A stretch of 18,055 bases of DNA from Acidobacteriota bacterium (GTDB lineage: Bacteria > Acidobacteriota > UBA6911 > JACQSX01), in contig DASXQR010000180.1 in the NCBI GenBank assembly GCA_036507075.1, forward strand, positions 1 through 18,055, written 5' to 3'. How positions within the stretch are numbered: position 1 is the stretch's first letter; the number at the start of each line of letters is the position of its first letter. Both the position numbers and the translations under genes were made by a program. The notes beneath the pieces are model-generated. The model saw only the letters and a list, made by a program, of their open reading frames with translations, searched no databases and had not been told where the DNA came from. Shown here piece by piece: positions 8,241 through 16,842 of this stretch.

Positions 8241-11200
8241 ATGCACTCTATGATCCGACGCGTTCTTTTGCTGATGGCCCTCTGCCTTTCCATTGCATCT
8301 CTGGCGCTCGCCCAGGAATTCCGCGGATCGATCGCCGGCCAGGTCACCGACCCAAGCGGCGCCGTCCTGCCGGGCGTGCAGATTGTTGCAACCAACGTCG
8401 CCACTAATACTTCGACGATTGCCGTCTCGGATGATTCCGGCAGCTACAAGCTCACATATCTGACTCCGGGTACATATAACATCGTTGCTGAGCTCCCGGG
8501 GTTTAAGAAGGCGGAGCGGCAGGGTGTGGAAGTCCGCGTCGCCGACCAGCTTACTCTGGATATCAGATTGGAAGTCGGTGAGGTCCAACAAACGGTAACC
8601 GTAAATGCCCAGGCTCCGCTTTTGGAAACTTCTACCGCATCCACCGGGCAGGTCATTGATCAGAAGCGCATCTCGGAATTGCCGCTCTCCGACGGCAACC
8701 CGTTTGTGCTCGCCCGCCTTGCTCCCGGCGTGGGTTACACCGGCGATTTGAAATTCTCCCGGCCGTTCGACAATTCCGGAACCGCTGCCCTGGTATCGGA
8801 TGGATCTCCGGGGAAGAATGAATTCACACTGGACGGCTCGCCCAATATGGCATCGGGTGGAGGAACCGGCGGGGCCGGCCGTGTGGCTTTTGTCCCGCCC
8901 GCCGACGCGGTTCAGGAATTCAAGGTTCAAACCGCGACCTTTGACGCGCAGCAGGGTCACACTTCAGGGGCGACTGTGAATGTGATGCTGAAGAGCGGCT
9001 CCAACAAGCTTCACGGCACGCTCTATGAATTCGTACGCAACGATAAACTCTCCGCCAATGACTTCTTCCTCAACCGGAGTGGAAGGCCGCGGGCTCCGCT
9101 GCGCTACAATCGGTACGGCGGCACCGTGGGCGGACCGATATGGATACCGAAGATTTATAACGGCCATGACAAAACGTTTTTCTTCTTTGCGTACGAGGGC
9201 ATTAAGGATCAGTTCCCCGAGCCGGGCCTATTTACCGTTCCCAGCGAAGCCGAGCGTCGAGGCGATTTCTCGGCGCTGCTTCCTCTGGGTATCACAATTT
9301 ACGATCCGCTGACCGCCAAACCGGCGGCGGGCGGAAGAATTCAGCGCAGTCCCTTCCCGGGCAATATCATTCCGGACAACCGAATCAGCCCGATCGCGAA
9401 AGCTTATCTGAAGTACTATCCCGCGCCCAACGTTCCGGGTGACGCCCAGGGGCGCAATAATTTCATTGGCCCCAACGGACGCGGCGATACCTTCCATTCC
9501 GAGTCTTACCGTTTCGATCACCAGCTCACGGAAAAACAGCAGATGTTTTTCCGCTATACGCACAATAATCGCATAGAGAACCGGGGGAACTGGACCGGTG
9601 TAGTGAGTGGAATCCGGCCGACTGGTAACTTCCTGTTCCGAATCAATAACGGGGGAACGTTCGATCATGTGTACACGGTTTCTCCCACAACTATTCTGAA
9701 TTATCGCGTCGGCTTTTCCCGCTTTAACGAGCCGAGCGTAAGGCAGCACCAGGGCCTGTTTGATCCGGCGAGCCTTGGATTCTCGGCGAAGACAGCAGCC
9801 CTGTTCGGCGGAGCTTCATACTTTCCCAGATTTGAAATATCAAACGACGCATTTTCCCTTCTGGGAGACAGCGTCGGCGATCTCAGCACGTACAATATCT
9901 ACTCCGCTCAGCCGACCCTCACAAGGCTGCATGCAAACCACTCGGTCAAGCTTGGCTACGATTTGCGGTCCTATCGGGAAAATGCGTACCCCAGCCGTCA
10001 TCAGGCAGGCCGCTACGATTTTGGATCTTCATTCACGCGGGGTCCACTTGACAATGCCACCTCTGCGCCCATCGGACAAGGCCTGGCGGCACTGCTGCTG
10101 GGGCAGCCGACGGGCGGGTTCATGGACCGTAACGCCTCGCGTGCCAATCAGACTCTTTATCACGGCCTGTTCATGCAGGATGACTGGAAGGTAAGTGATC
10201 GGCTCACCCTGAACCTTGGATTGCGATGGGAACTGGAAGGCGCCACGACGGAGCGATACGATCGTAACGTTCGCGGATTTGATTTCACAAGCCCCAATCC
10301 TTTGGAACAGGCGGCAAGAGCGGCTTACGCAGCCAATCCTATCGCGGAGCTCTCTCCAGAAAATTTCAGAGTGCGCGGCGGCCTGCTTTTCGCGAATGAA
10401 GGCGAAACTGCCAAGCGCGGTTTTTGGAATACCAACGGCAACAATTTTCAACCCAGGGCCGGGCTTGCCTACCGCATCGGCGGGTCTACCGTATTGCGCG
10501 CGGGATGGGCCGTTTACGCCATTCCTTTCATCATCGATGGAACGCAGCAGCCTGGATTTTCGCAGGCGACCAACATCGTCCCGTCACTGGACAGCGGTTT
10601 AACTTTCCGCGCGAACCTGTCAGATCCGTTTCCTGATGGAGTCGCCACGCCGCCTGGATCAAGTCAGGGCCTGGCGACTTTTGTCGGTCGCGATATCGAA
10701 TTTGTCCCGCTAGATCGAAAGCTTGGCAAAACTCAGCGATGGGAGCTGGGGATGCAGCGTGAATTTCGCCGCAACTGGCTGGTGGAAGCAGGCTACATCG
10801 GCACCCGCGGTTACGACCTGACCCTGACCAGCGATATTATCAACGCGGTTCCCAGACAGTACCTGTCAACAAACAACAGCCAGCGCGACACGGCTGTCAT
10901 TAATTTTCTGACGCAAAACGTGAGAAATCCCTTTCAGGGACTGGGACTACGGGACACATCATTGACAAGCAGCGCGAATGTCTCGCGCCAGCAACTCCTT
11001 CGGCCCTACCCTGAGTTCGGAAGAATCCGGAGCCGTACCACCGACGGATCCACGATCTATCACTCAGCCCAGGTCCGCGTGGAAAAACGCTTTTCGCGCG
11101 GCTATACGCTGCTCTCCAGCTATACCTTGTCGAAGTTGATCGAGGAAGTGACTTACCGCAACGAGACTGACACGCAGCCAGAAAAACGCATATCACAAGG

Positions 11201-11783
11201 CGACATGCCTCACCGCCTGGTGATGAGCGGAATCTGGGAGCTTCCGTTCGGGAGGGGGCGTGCTTTAGGCAGCGACTGGAATGGCCTGGTAGACGGCATT
11301 CTAGGTGGGTGGCAGTTGCAGGGCATCTGGCAGACCCAGAGCGGCAGGCCGTTGGATCTCGGCAACCTGGTTTACTTTGGCGACCCCAGCAAGCTGAAGT
11401 CGAACTACGATAATGTCGATAAAGTCTTCGACACATCGGGATTCTATTTTACCGACGCCGCAGTGCAGAGGAACGGCGTAGTGGACCCTGCGCTGCAAAG
11501 AACGGATTCGCGCATACAGCTCAGCAGCAATATCCGCACATTCCCTTCGCGGCTTTCCGGGTTGCGAACCCAGCCTCTCAATCTGTGGGATTTGTCGATC
11601 ATCAAGAATTTTTCCGTCACTGAACGGGCCAAGATTCAGTTGCGCGGGGAATTCCTGAACGCATTCAATCATCCGCAGTTTGAGGACCCCAGTCGCTCGC
11701 CGAGCAGTTCGGACTTCGGCAAAACAACCGGCCAGACCAACCTGCCGCGCAACGTGCAGGTGGGGTTGAAGATTATTTTCTAG
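8241..11783 (+). CDS. Oar-like TonB-dependent transporter (paralogue 2)
   Basis: RBS GGGAGG at 8229-8234 supports ATG 8241 rather than 8214. Signal peptide ending ALA-Q; IAGQVTDPSGAVLPG; LPLSDGNPFVL; DAVQEFKVQTATFDAQQG; QDDWKV...LTLNLGLRWE; C-terminal RNVQVGLKIIF. Confidence 0.95.
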   Translation: MHSMIRRVLLLMALCLSIASLALAQEFRGSIAGQVTDPSGAVLPGVQIVATNVATNTSTIAVSDDSGSYKLTYLTPGTYNIVAELPGFKKAERQGVEVRVADQLTLDIRLEVGEVQQTVTVNAQAPLLETSTASTGQVIDQKRISELPLSDGNPFVLARLAPGVGYTGDLKFSRPFDNSGTAALVSDGSPGKNEFTLDGSPNMASGGGTGGAGRVAFVPPADAVQEFKVQTATFDAQQGHTSGATVNVMLKSGSNKLHGTLYEFVRNDKLSANDFFLNRSGRPRAPLRYNRYGGTVGGPIWIPKIYNGHDKTFFFFAYEGIKDQFPEPGLFTVPSEAERRGDFSALLPLGITIYDPLTAKPAAGGRIQRSPFPGNIIPDNRISPIAKAYLKYYPAPNVPGDAQGRNNFIGPNGRGDTFHSESYRFDHQLTEKQQMFFRYTHNNRIENRGNWTGVVSGIRPTGNFLFRINNGGTFDHVYTVSPTTILNYRVGFSRFNEPSVRQHQGLFDPASLGFSAKTAALFGGASYFPRFEISNDAFSLLGDSVGDLSTYNIYSAQPTLTRLHANHSVKLGYDLRSYRENAYPSRHQAGRYDFGSSFTRGPLDNATSAPIGQGLAALLLGQPTGGFMDRNASRANQTLYHGLFMQDDWKVSDRLTLNLGLRWELEGATTERYDRNVRGFDFTSPNPLEQAARAAYAANPIAELSPENFRVRGGLLFANEGETAKRGFWNTNGNNFQPRAGLAYRIGGSTVLRAGWAVYAIPFIIDGTQQPGFSQATNIVPSLDSGLTFRANLSDPFPDGVATPPGSSQGLATFVGRDIEFVPLDRKLGKTQRWELGMQREFRRNWLVEAGYIGTRGYDLTLTSDIINAVPRQYLSTNNSQRDTAVINFLTQNVRNPFQGLGLRDTSLTSSANVSRQQLLRPYPEFGRIRSRTTDGSTIYHSAQVRVEKRFSRGYTLLSSYTLSKLIEEVTYRNETDTQPEKRISQGDMPHRLVMSGIWELPFGRGRALGSDWNGLVDGILGGWQLQGIWQTQSGRPLDLGNLVYFGDPSKLKSNYDNVDKVFDTSGFYFTDAAVQRNGVVDPALQRTDSRIQLSSNIRTFPSRLSGLRTQPLNLWDLSIIKNFSVTERAKIQLRGEFLNAFNHPQFEDPSRSPSSSDFGKTTGQTNLPRNVQVGLKIIF

Positions 11784-11789
11784 TGAGTT

Positions 11790-11852
11790 TTCGTGTTCTT
11801 TGTGTCTTTGTGGTTAATGCCTTTCCACCACAAAGGCACAGAGGACATAGAA
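11790..11852. repeat. CACAAAGR-unit intergenic inverted repeat with arm order reversed (T-rich arm first)
   Basis: 11790-11814 TTCGTGTTCTTTGTGTCTTTGTGGT pairs with 11827-11852 ACCACAAAGGCACAGAGGACATAGAA, including three G:T pairs. Confidence 0.9.
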
Positions 11853-11883
11853 GAGGAGAACAAACTTAAGGAGGCTAACCAAC

Positions 11884-14800
11884 ATGAGTAAATGCATAAG
11901 GGTATGCATGATCAGCACAGCCGTCGTGTTGCTTTTGGCAGGTGTCTCCCTGGCCCAGAATGCCGCCAGCCTGAGCGGCCGCGTGATGGACCAGCAGGGA
12001 GCCGTGCTCCCGGGCGCCACGGTCAAAGCGACCGACACGCGCACCAACCAGGATTTTGAAACCATGACCAGCGATGAGGGGACGTTCTTCTTCTCCACGC
12101 TGCAGCCGGGAAGTTATACCGTCACGGTCGAGCTGCAGGGATTCAAGAAGCTGGTCAAAACCGGCGTGATCCTGAACGCCACCGACCGCCAGTCGACCGG
12201 CAACCTGGTGCTGGATGTAGGCGAGATCGCCAACACGATTTCCGTCCAAGCCGAAAACGCTCAGCTCCAGATCAAGTCTTCCAGCGGAGAGATCGGCGAG
12301 GCCATCACCGGCCGCCAGGTCCGCGAGCTGTCACTCAACGGCCGCAACTACCTCGACATGATGAAGCTTATACCGGGCATCGTCAGTCGTGTTAACTCTC
12401 AAGTGGCCGGCCCCGGCGGATTCGGGGATTTTAATATCAATGGAACGCGCTCCACGCAGCATAACCTTACCATTGACGGCTCTACCAATGTCGACACTGG
12501 ATCCAATGGAACGCAGCACGTGACGCTCAATTTGGACGCCATCTCTGAGTTTAAAGTGTTGACTTCAAATTATCAGGCTGAGTACGGGCGATCCGCCGGA
12601 GGTGACATCAAGATTGTGAGCCGCGGCGGGACGAGCCAGTTTCACGGCACTGCTTACCTCTTTCATCGTCACGAAGGTCTTAACGCTAATTCCTTCTTCA
12701 ACAATGCCAATGGGCGCCTTCCGAACGGCGTAGAGCGCAACTCACGCAACTTTTTCCGCTACAACTACTTTGGGTACAACGTAGGTGGCCCGGTCGTTCT
12801 GCCGAAACAGAAGCTGAAAGATAAGCTCTTCTTTTTTTACGGCAGCGAATGGCACCGGCAATTGGTCCCTCAAGGGGCGCGTCAAGTACGCGTCCCGACG
12901 GCGGCCGAACTGCGCGGTGATTTCAGTTCAACGGTCGATGGAAACCGAACCAAGATTTTCATCAAAGATCCGCTGCTGTCTGGAAACTGCAACGCGAATG
13001 ATCAGGCAGCCTGCTTTCCAAACAACGTTATTCCAGCCACCCGGCTCAACCCCAACGGTGTGGCGATCTTGAAGCTTTTTAATAAGTTCGAAAATGCCGG
13101 TGGAAACCTTCCAACTTTTAATCACAACTCACAGATTAGTGTTTCCTATCCTCGTCGAAACGACAACCTCCGCATCGATTACCGGCTCACTGAAAAGACA
13201 TCTATGTTCGTTCGGCTTACGCAGGACAGCGATCAGCAGATCATGCCCTACGGATTGGGCTGGACATCGGGCCAAAATTTTCCACTCACGCCAACTATTT
13301 TCAAGCAAGGACCGGCTCGGAATGCTGCTTTGAACGTCACTTCGACGATCACTCCGACTCTGGTCAATGAGTTTATATTCGGACCGAGTCAAAACAATTT
13401 ATCGCTCAATGCCGTCGACCCGAACGCGGCGACCTATCCGGGGATTGGCTTGACGTTTAAGACACCTTTCCCCTACTCGCCTGCGCAGTTTATCAATATC
13501 ACCTTCGGAGGAACACCCGGACAAACCTTTGCCGGAATCACTGATTATTCTCAGTTCCCCTACAAGAATTCCAATACTACGTTTGACTTCATTGACAACG
13601 TCAGCAAGGTTTGGGGACCGCACTTGATCAAAGCAGGCGTCTTCTTCCAGCGCAGCCGCAAAGATCAGTCGGCTGGAGATTCGATGCGGATTGACTTTCA
13701 GCATAGCGTCCGCAACCCGGACAATGCCGGACATCCATACGCAAATGCGCTGCTGGGAAACTTTGACAGTTTTCAACAAACGACCCGCGGTATCTTTCAG
13801 GGTCAGTATCGAAATTCGAATGTTGAGTGGTTCCTTCAAGATAACTGGAAATTCAACAAGCGGCTGACATTGGACTACGGACTGCGCATGTACTGGATCG
13901 AGCCGCAGTACGACAAACGGCTGCAGGATTCTTACTTCAATCCGGATCTGTGGGACCGGTCGAAAGCCGTGCGTTTGTACCGTCCCGGTCTGGGTAATAC
14001 TGCTTTTGACCCTGCAAATCCGGCGGCGGCGTTGCCCGGATACTTAGTAGGTCGGATTGTGCCGGGCTCAGGAGATCCTTTCAATGGACTGGGCCAGTCG
14101 GCTAAGGGGTATCTGAAAGGCGGGATCCGCAATCGCGGTCTGCAGTGGGGCCCGCGCCTTGGTTTTGCCTATGATTTATTCGGAACGAACAAGACGGTTC
14201 TGCGCGGAGGCTACGGAATCTTCTATGACCGTATCTCAGGCAACGCGCTGATTTTCACGGGTGTGGGAAATCCGCCCGCGACGGTCAATCCTCGATTTGA
14301 CTGGGGAAATCTGGATACAGTTGGTTCAAGCACTGGACAGCTCGCTTTGGCGCCGGTAGGTGTCACGGGATCTAACCCGGACGGTTTTATCCCCAATGTC
14401 CAGAATTTCAGCTTTCAAGTCCAACAGGACATTGGGTTCGACACAGTCATCAGCGTCGGGTACGTCGGCTCTGTTTCTCATCACCTTTCTCAGGTGCGAA
14501 ATCTCAATTACATCAACTATGGAGCGGTCTTCCTGAAAGAGAGCCAGGATCCAACCCGGTTCACGGGAGGAGTTGTGCCAGACTCGGATCCTACAATTCC
14601 CCAGGTTTACAAGGATGCAGGTCTTAAGTTTGACGGCTCGAAGGCTTTGCCGTCAAATTTCCTGCGACGCTATCCGGGCTACGGCGCCATTAATTTCCGC
14701 GAATACGTCGGATCATCAAACTACCATTCGATGCAGGTCACCCTGAATAGAAAATTCAATCGCAGCTTGACCTATGGCTTGGCTTACACTTGGTCGAAGG

Positions 14801-15555
14801 CGATGGATACAGCGGACGGTGACGGCACTGGAACGCATCCCGAAAACACGCGCGGCTATGATTACCGCCGCGCTGGCTTTGACAAGACTCATGTACTCGC
14901 AATCAATTACGTTTGGAACATTCCCAGAATCAGCACTCATTTTTGGGATCACTGGCTAGGCCGCGCCATTTTCGATGATTGGGAGTTGGCAGGAATCAGC
15001 CAGTTTTCGACCGGGTCACCGGTCGAGCTCGGGTGCTGCACTCTCAACCCTCCGACTGGCCGAAGCATCACAGGCTCCCCCGACCTCGGTCCGCGCTTCA
15101 TATTGACAGGGGATCCGACTGGCAAGAGAACGCGCGAGCAATGGTTTGATTACAGCGTTTTCCGGCTTCCGGATATAGGCAGCCGGGGTGTCGGTCCGCG
15201 GCAATATCTGGAAAACCCGGGGACGAACTTGCATGATATTTCGATTTACAAGAACTTCCCGTGGGGCGCCGAGGGTAATCGGCGTGTACAACTGCGTCTG
15301 GAGATGTTCAACGCTTTCAATCACCCTCAGTTCAACGGATTCAGCGGGGGACTGACTTGGGAGATTGCTCAGAATTGGTCGGACTACAAAGCGAAGCAAC
15401 AGGCATCTTCTGACTGGGTTCGCAACATTCGCGGTGGAACATTTCCACCGACCGCAGTACCCGACCGTCTCGGCCGCGGCCTGGGAGAATTCAGCGGCCA
15501 GCCTGGCGTAGGTGCAGCGCGGGTCATCGAGCTGGCGGCGAAGATTTACTTCTAA
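11884..15555 (+). CDS. Oar-like TonB-dependent transporter (paralogue 3)
   Basis: RBS AAGGAGG at 11868-11874; signal peptide ending SLA-Q; LSGRVMDQQGAVLPGATV; LNGRNYLDM; DAISEFKVLTSNYQAEYGR; QDNWK...LTLDYGLR; GPRLGFAYD; C-terminal RVIELAAKIYF. Confidence 0.95.
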   Translation: MSKCIRVCMISTAVVLLLAGVSLAQNAASLSGRVMDQQGAVLPGATVKATDTRTNQDFETMTSDEGTFFFSTLQPGSYTVTVELQGFKKLVKTGVILNATDRQSTGNLVLDVGEIANTISVQAENAQLQIKSSSGEIGEAITGRQVRELSLNGRNYLDMMKLIPGIVSRVNSQVAGPGGFGDFNINGTRSTQHNLTIDGSTNVDTGSNGTQHVTLNLDAISEFKVLTSNYQAEYGRSAGGDIKIVSRGGTSQFHGTAYLFHRHEGLNANSFFNNANGRLPNGVERNSRNFFRYNYFGYNVGGPVVLPKQKLKDKLFFFYGSEWHRQLVPQGARQVRVPTAAELRGDFSSTVDGNRTKIFIKDPLLSGNCNANDQAACFPNNVIPATRLNPNGVAILKLFNKFENAGGNLPTFNHNSQISVSYPRRNDNLRIDYRLTEKTSMFVRLTQDSDQQIMPYGLGWTSGQNFPLTPTIFKQGPARNAALNVTSTITPTLVNEFIFGPSQNNLSLNAVDPNAATYPGIGLTFKTPFPYSPAQFINITFGGTPGQTFAGITDYSQFPYKNSNTTFDFIDNVSKVWGPHLIKAGVFFQRSRKDQSAGDSMRIDFQHSVRNPDNAGHPYANALLGNFDSFQQTTRGIFQGQYRNSNVEWFLQDNWKFNKRLTLDYGLRMYWIEPQYDKRLQDSYFNPDLWDRSKAVRLYRPGLGNTAFDPANPAAALPGYLVGRIVPGSGDPFNGLGQSAKGYLKGGIRNRGLQWGPRLGFAYDLFGTNKTVLRGGYGIFYDRISGNALIFTGVGNPPATVNPRFDWGNLDTVGSSTGQLALAPVGVTGSNPDGFIPNVQNFSFQVQQDIGFDTVISVGYVGSVSHHLSQVRNLNYINYGAVFLKESQDPTRFTGGVVPDSDPTIPQVYKDAGLKFDGSKALPSNFLRRYPGYGAINFREYVGSSNYHSMQVTLNRKFNRSLTYGLAYTWSKAMDTADGDGTGTHPENTRGYDYRRAGFDKTHVLAINYVWNIPRISTHFWDHWLGRAIFDDWELAGISQFSTGSPVELGCCTLNPPTGRSITGSPDLGPRFILTGDPTGKRTREQWFDYSVFRLPDIGSRGVGPRQYLENPGTNLHDISIYKNFPWGAEGNRRVQLRLEMFNAFNHPQFNGFSGGLTWEIAQNWSDYKAKQQASSDWVRNIRGGTFPPTAVPDRLGRGLGEFSGQPGVGAARVIELAAKIYF

Positions 15556-15568
15556 CCGCTGGTTCTTG

Positions 15569-15606
15569 CCACAGAGGCACAGAGGGTATACTGAACTTTG
15601 TGCCTC
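15569..15606. repeat. Degenerate CACAGAGG-unit inverted repeat with a truncated right arm
   Basis: CCACAGAGGCACAGAG at 15569-15584; 15574-15584 pairs with CTTTGTGCCTC at 15596-15606 (one G:T). Confidence 0.75.
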
Positions 15607-15616
15607 ATTCTGCACT

Positions 15617-15705
15617 GAAGGTCGAAAGGTCGAAAGTCTGAAGGGTCGAAAGTCGGGGATCTGTTTGACTTTTGACTTTCAGACTTTTGACTTTTGGACT
15701 TTCGA
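15617..15705. repeat. Inverted repeat built from 7-9-nt tandem units (GTCGAAA.. on the left, GACTTTT.. on the right)
   Basis: 15617-15654 GAAGGTCGAAAGGTCGAAAGTCTGAAGGGTCGAAAGTC pairs with 15667-15705 GACTTTTGACTTTCAGACTTTTGACTTTTGGACTTTCGA, mostly through Watson-Crick and G:T pairs. Confidence 0.9.
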
Positions 15706-15724
15706 TTCTCAGCGGGCGAACCTG

Positions 15725-16729
15725 ATGAAGTCACGATTTCGCAGCATTGCCTTTCTTCTACTCGCATGCTGCGGGATAGCCTCTTATCTTCCTGCTCAGG
15801 CTCCTGGAAACGCCTTCGTTATCTACGGTCGCATTCATCTTCCCAACGGTGAATCCGCGAGACGCGTGGTCGTGAAACTGAGCGGCGCGTCCGGTATGGA
15901 TCGCCAGGTTTTTTCCGATGACGAAGGGCGCTATGAGTTTCGAGATGTGCCGCGCGGTCGTTATCACGTGTCGGCATCCAACCCGACTGATCCGCAGCAG
16001 TTTACCGATCCGGTGGAAGCCGATACGGGCCGCTCCATATCGACCCGGCTGCTGGTCCATGTTTTTTTGAGATTTCTGCCTGCGGCCAAGGGTGAAACCG
16101 CCAAAGCAACCACCGTGAGTGTAGTCGAAGCCACGCAACATATCCCCAAGCCTGCCCGCAAGGCCTTTGAAGACGCCCAGAAATTCAAGGCCGGCCGGAA
16201 AATTGACCAGGCGATCAGCAGCCTGGACCACTCCATTGAGCTCTTCCCGGAATATTTTCAGGCGTGGACCGAACGCGGTCATTTGAGGATCGCGCAGGGG
16301 AAATACCGCGACGCGGCGGCCGATTTCGCGAAGGCCCTGGAGGTGAACAACCGCTACGGACCGGCGCTGCGCGGCTCCGGGTTATGCAAATTTGAGCAGG
16401 GGAAATTTGCCGAGGCGGTCATGGATCTGGAACTGGCCACCACGGTGGAACCCGACGTGGCCAACACGCACCTGTACCTGGGAATTGCCCAGCTTGCGCT
16501 CGATCATCGCGTGCCTGCGCGGGCTGCTCTGCAGCAGGCAGTGCGCATCGATCCGGTGGGCGCCGCCCGCGCGCACGTGCATCTGGCAGATTTGAACATG
16601 CGGGAGAACAAGATGCACGAAGCCGCCGCCGAACTGCGGGCTTACCTGGAAGCCGCTCCCAACGCGCCTGACGCGCAGAAATTCCGCGATATTGAGGCCC
16701 AGATCCGCGCACAACTGCCAAAGCCGTGA
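15725..16729 (+). CDS. Exported protein with carboxypeptidase-regulatory-like N-terminal domain and C-terminal TPR repeats
   Basis: MKSRFRSIAFLLLACCGIASYLPA-Q signal; IYGRIHLPNG...SDDEGRYEFRDVPRGRYHV beta-sandwich; TPR units (AWTERGHL...AAADFAKALEVNN; THLYLGIA...ALQQAVRIDP). The ORF-track start at 15512 overlaps the upstream gene and the repeats, so ATG 15725 is preferred. Confidence 0.88.
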   Translation: MKSRFRSIAFLLLACCGIASYLPAQAPGNAFVIYGRIHLPNGESARRVVVKLSGASGMDRQVFSDDEGRYEFRDVPRGRYHVSASNPTDPQQFTDPVEADTGRSISTRLLVHVFLRFLPAAKGETAKATTVSVVEATQHIPKPARKAFEDAQKFKAGRKIDQAISSLDHSIELFPEYFQAWTERGHLRIAQGKYRDAAADFAKALEVNNRYGPALRGSGLCKFEQGKFAEAVMDLELATTVEPDVANTHLYLGIAQLALDHRVPARAALQQAVRIDPVGAARAHVHLADLNMRENKMHEAAAELRAYLEAAPNAPDAQKFRDIEAQIRAQLPKP

Positions 16730-16831
16730 ACACGAATTTCGGACACGAATTTCGGACACGAATTTCACGAATTGCACGAAATTGATTCGTGAAGTTCGTG
16801 TAAATTCGTGAAATTCGTGAATTCGTGAATT
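16730..16831. repeat. Palindromic array of 5x CACGAA followed by 5x TTCGTG
   Basis: CACGAA at 16731, 16744, 16757, 16766 and 16775, including an exact 13-nt tandem ACACGAATTTCGG x2. TTCGTG at 16786, 16795, 16805, 16814 and 16822. Confidence 0.93.
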
Positions 16832-16842
16832 AAGATCTTAGG

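Noticed and set aside
8162..8407. 81-aa ORF with an apparent metal-binding HHxxH...CxxC motif
   Set aside because: The motif is simply the translation of the CACAAAGR palindrome, and the ORF overlaps the transporter at 8241 out of frame.
15512..15724. 71-aa N-terminal extension of the first TPR protein (TFDFQTFDFWTFD)
   Set aside because: It overlaps the upstream gene and reads through two palindromes. The signal peptide begins at ATG 15725.
16730..16831. CRISPR array
   Set aside because: Units are 8-13 nt, switch orientation midway and have no unique spacers. No cas genes are present.
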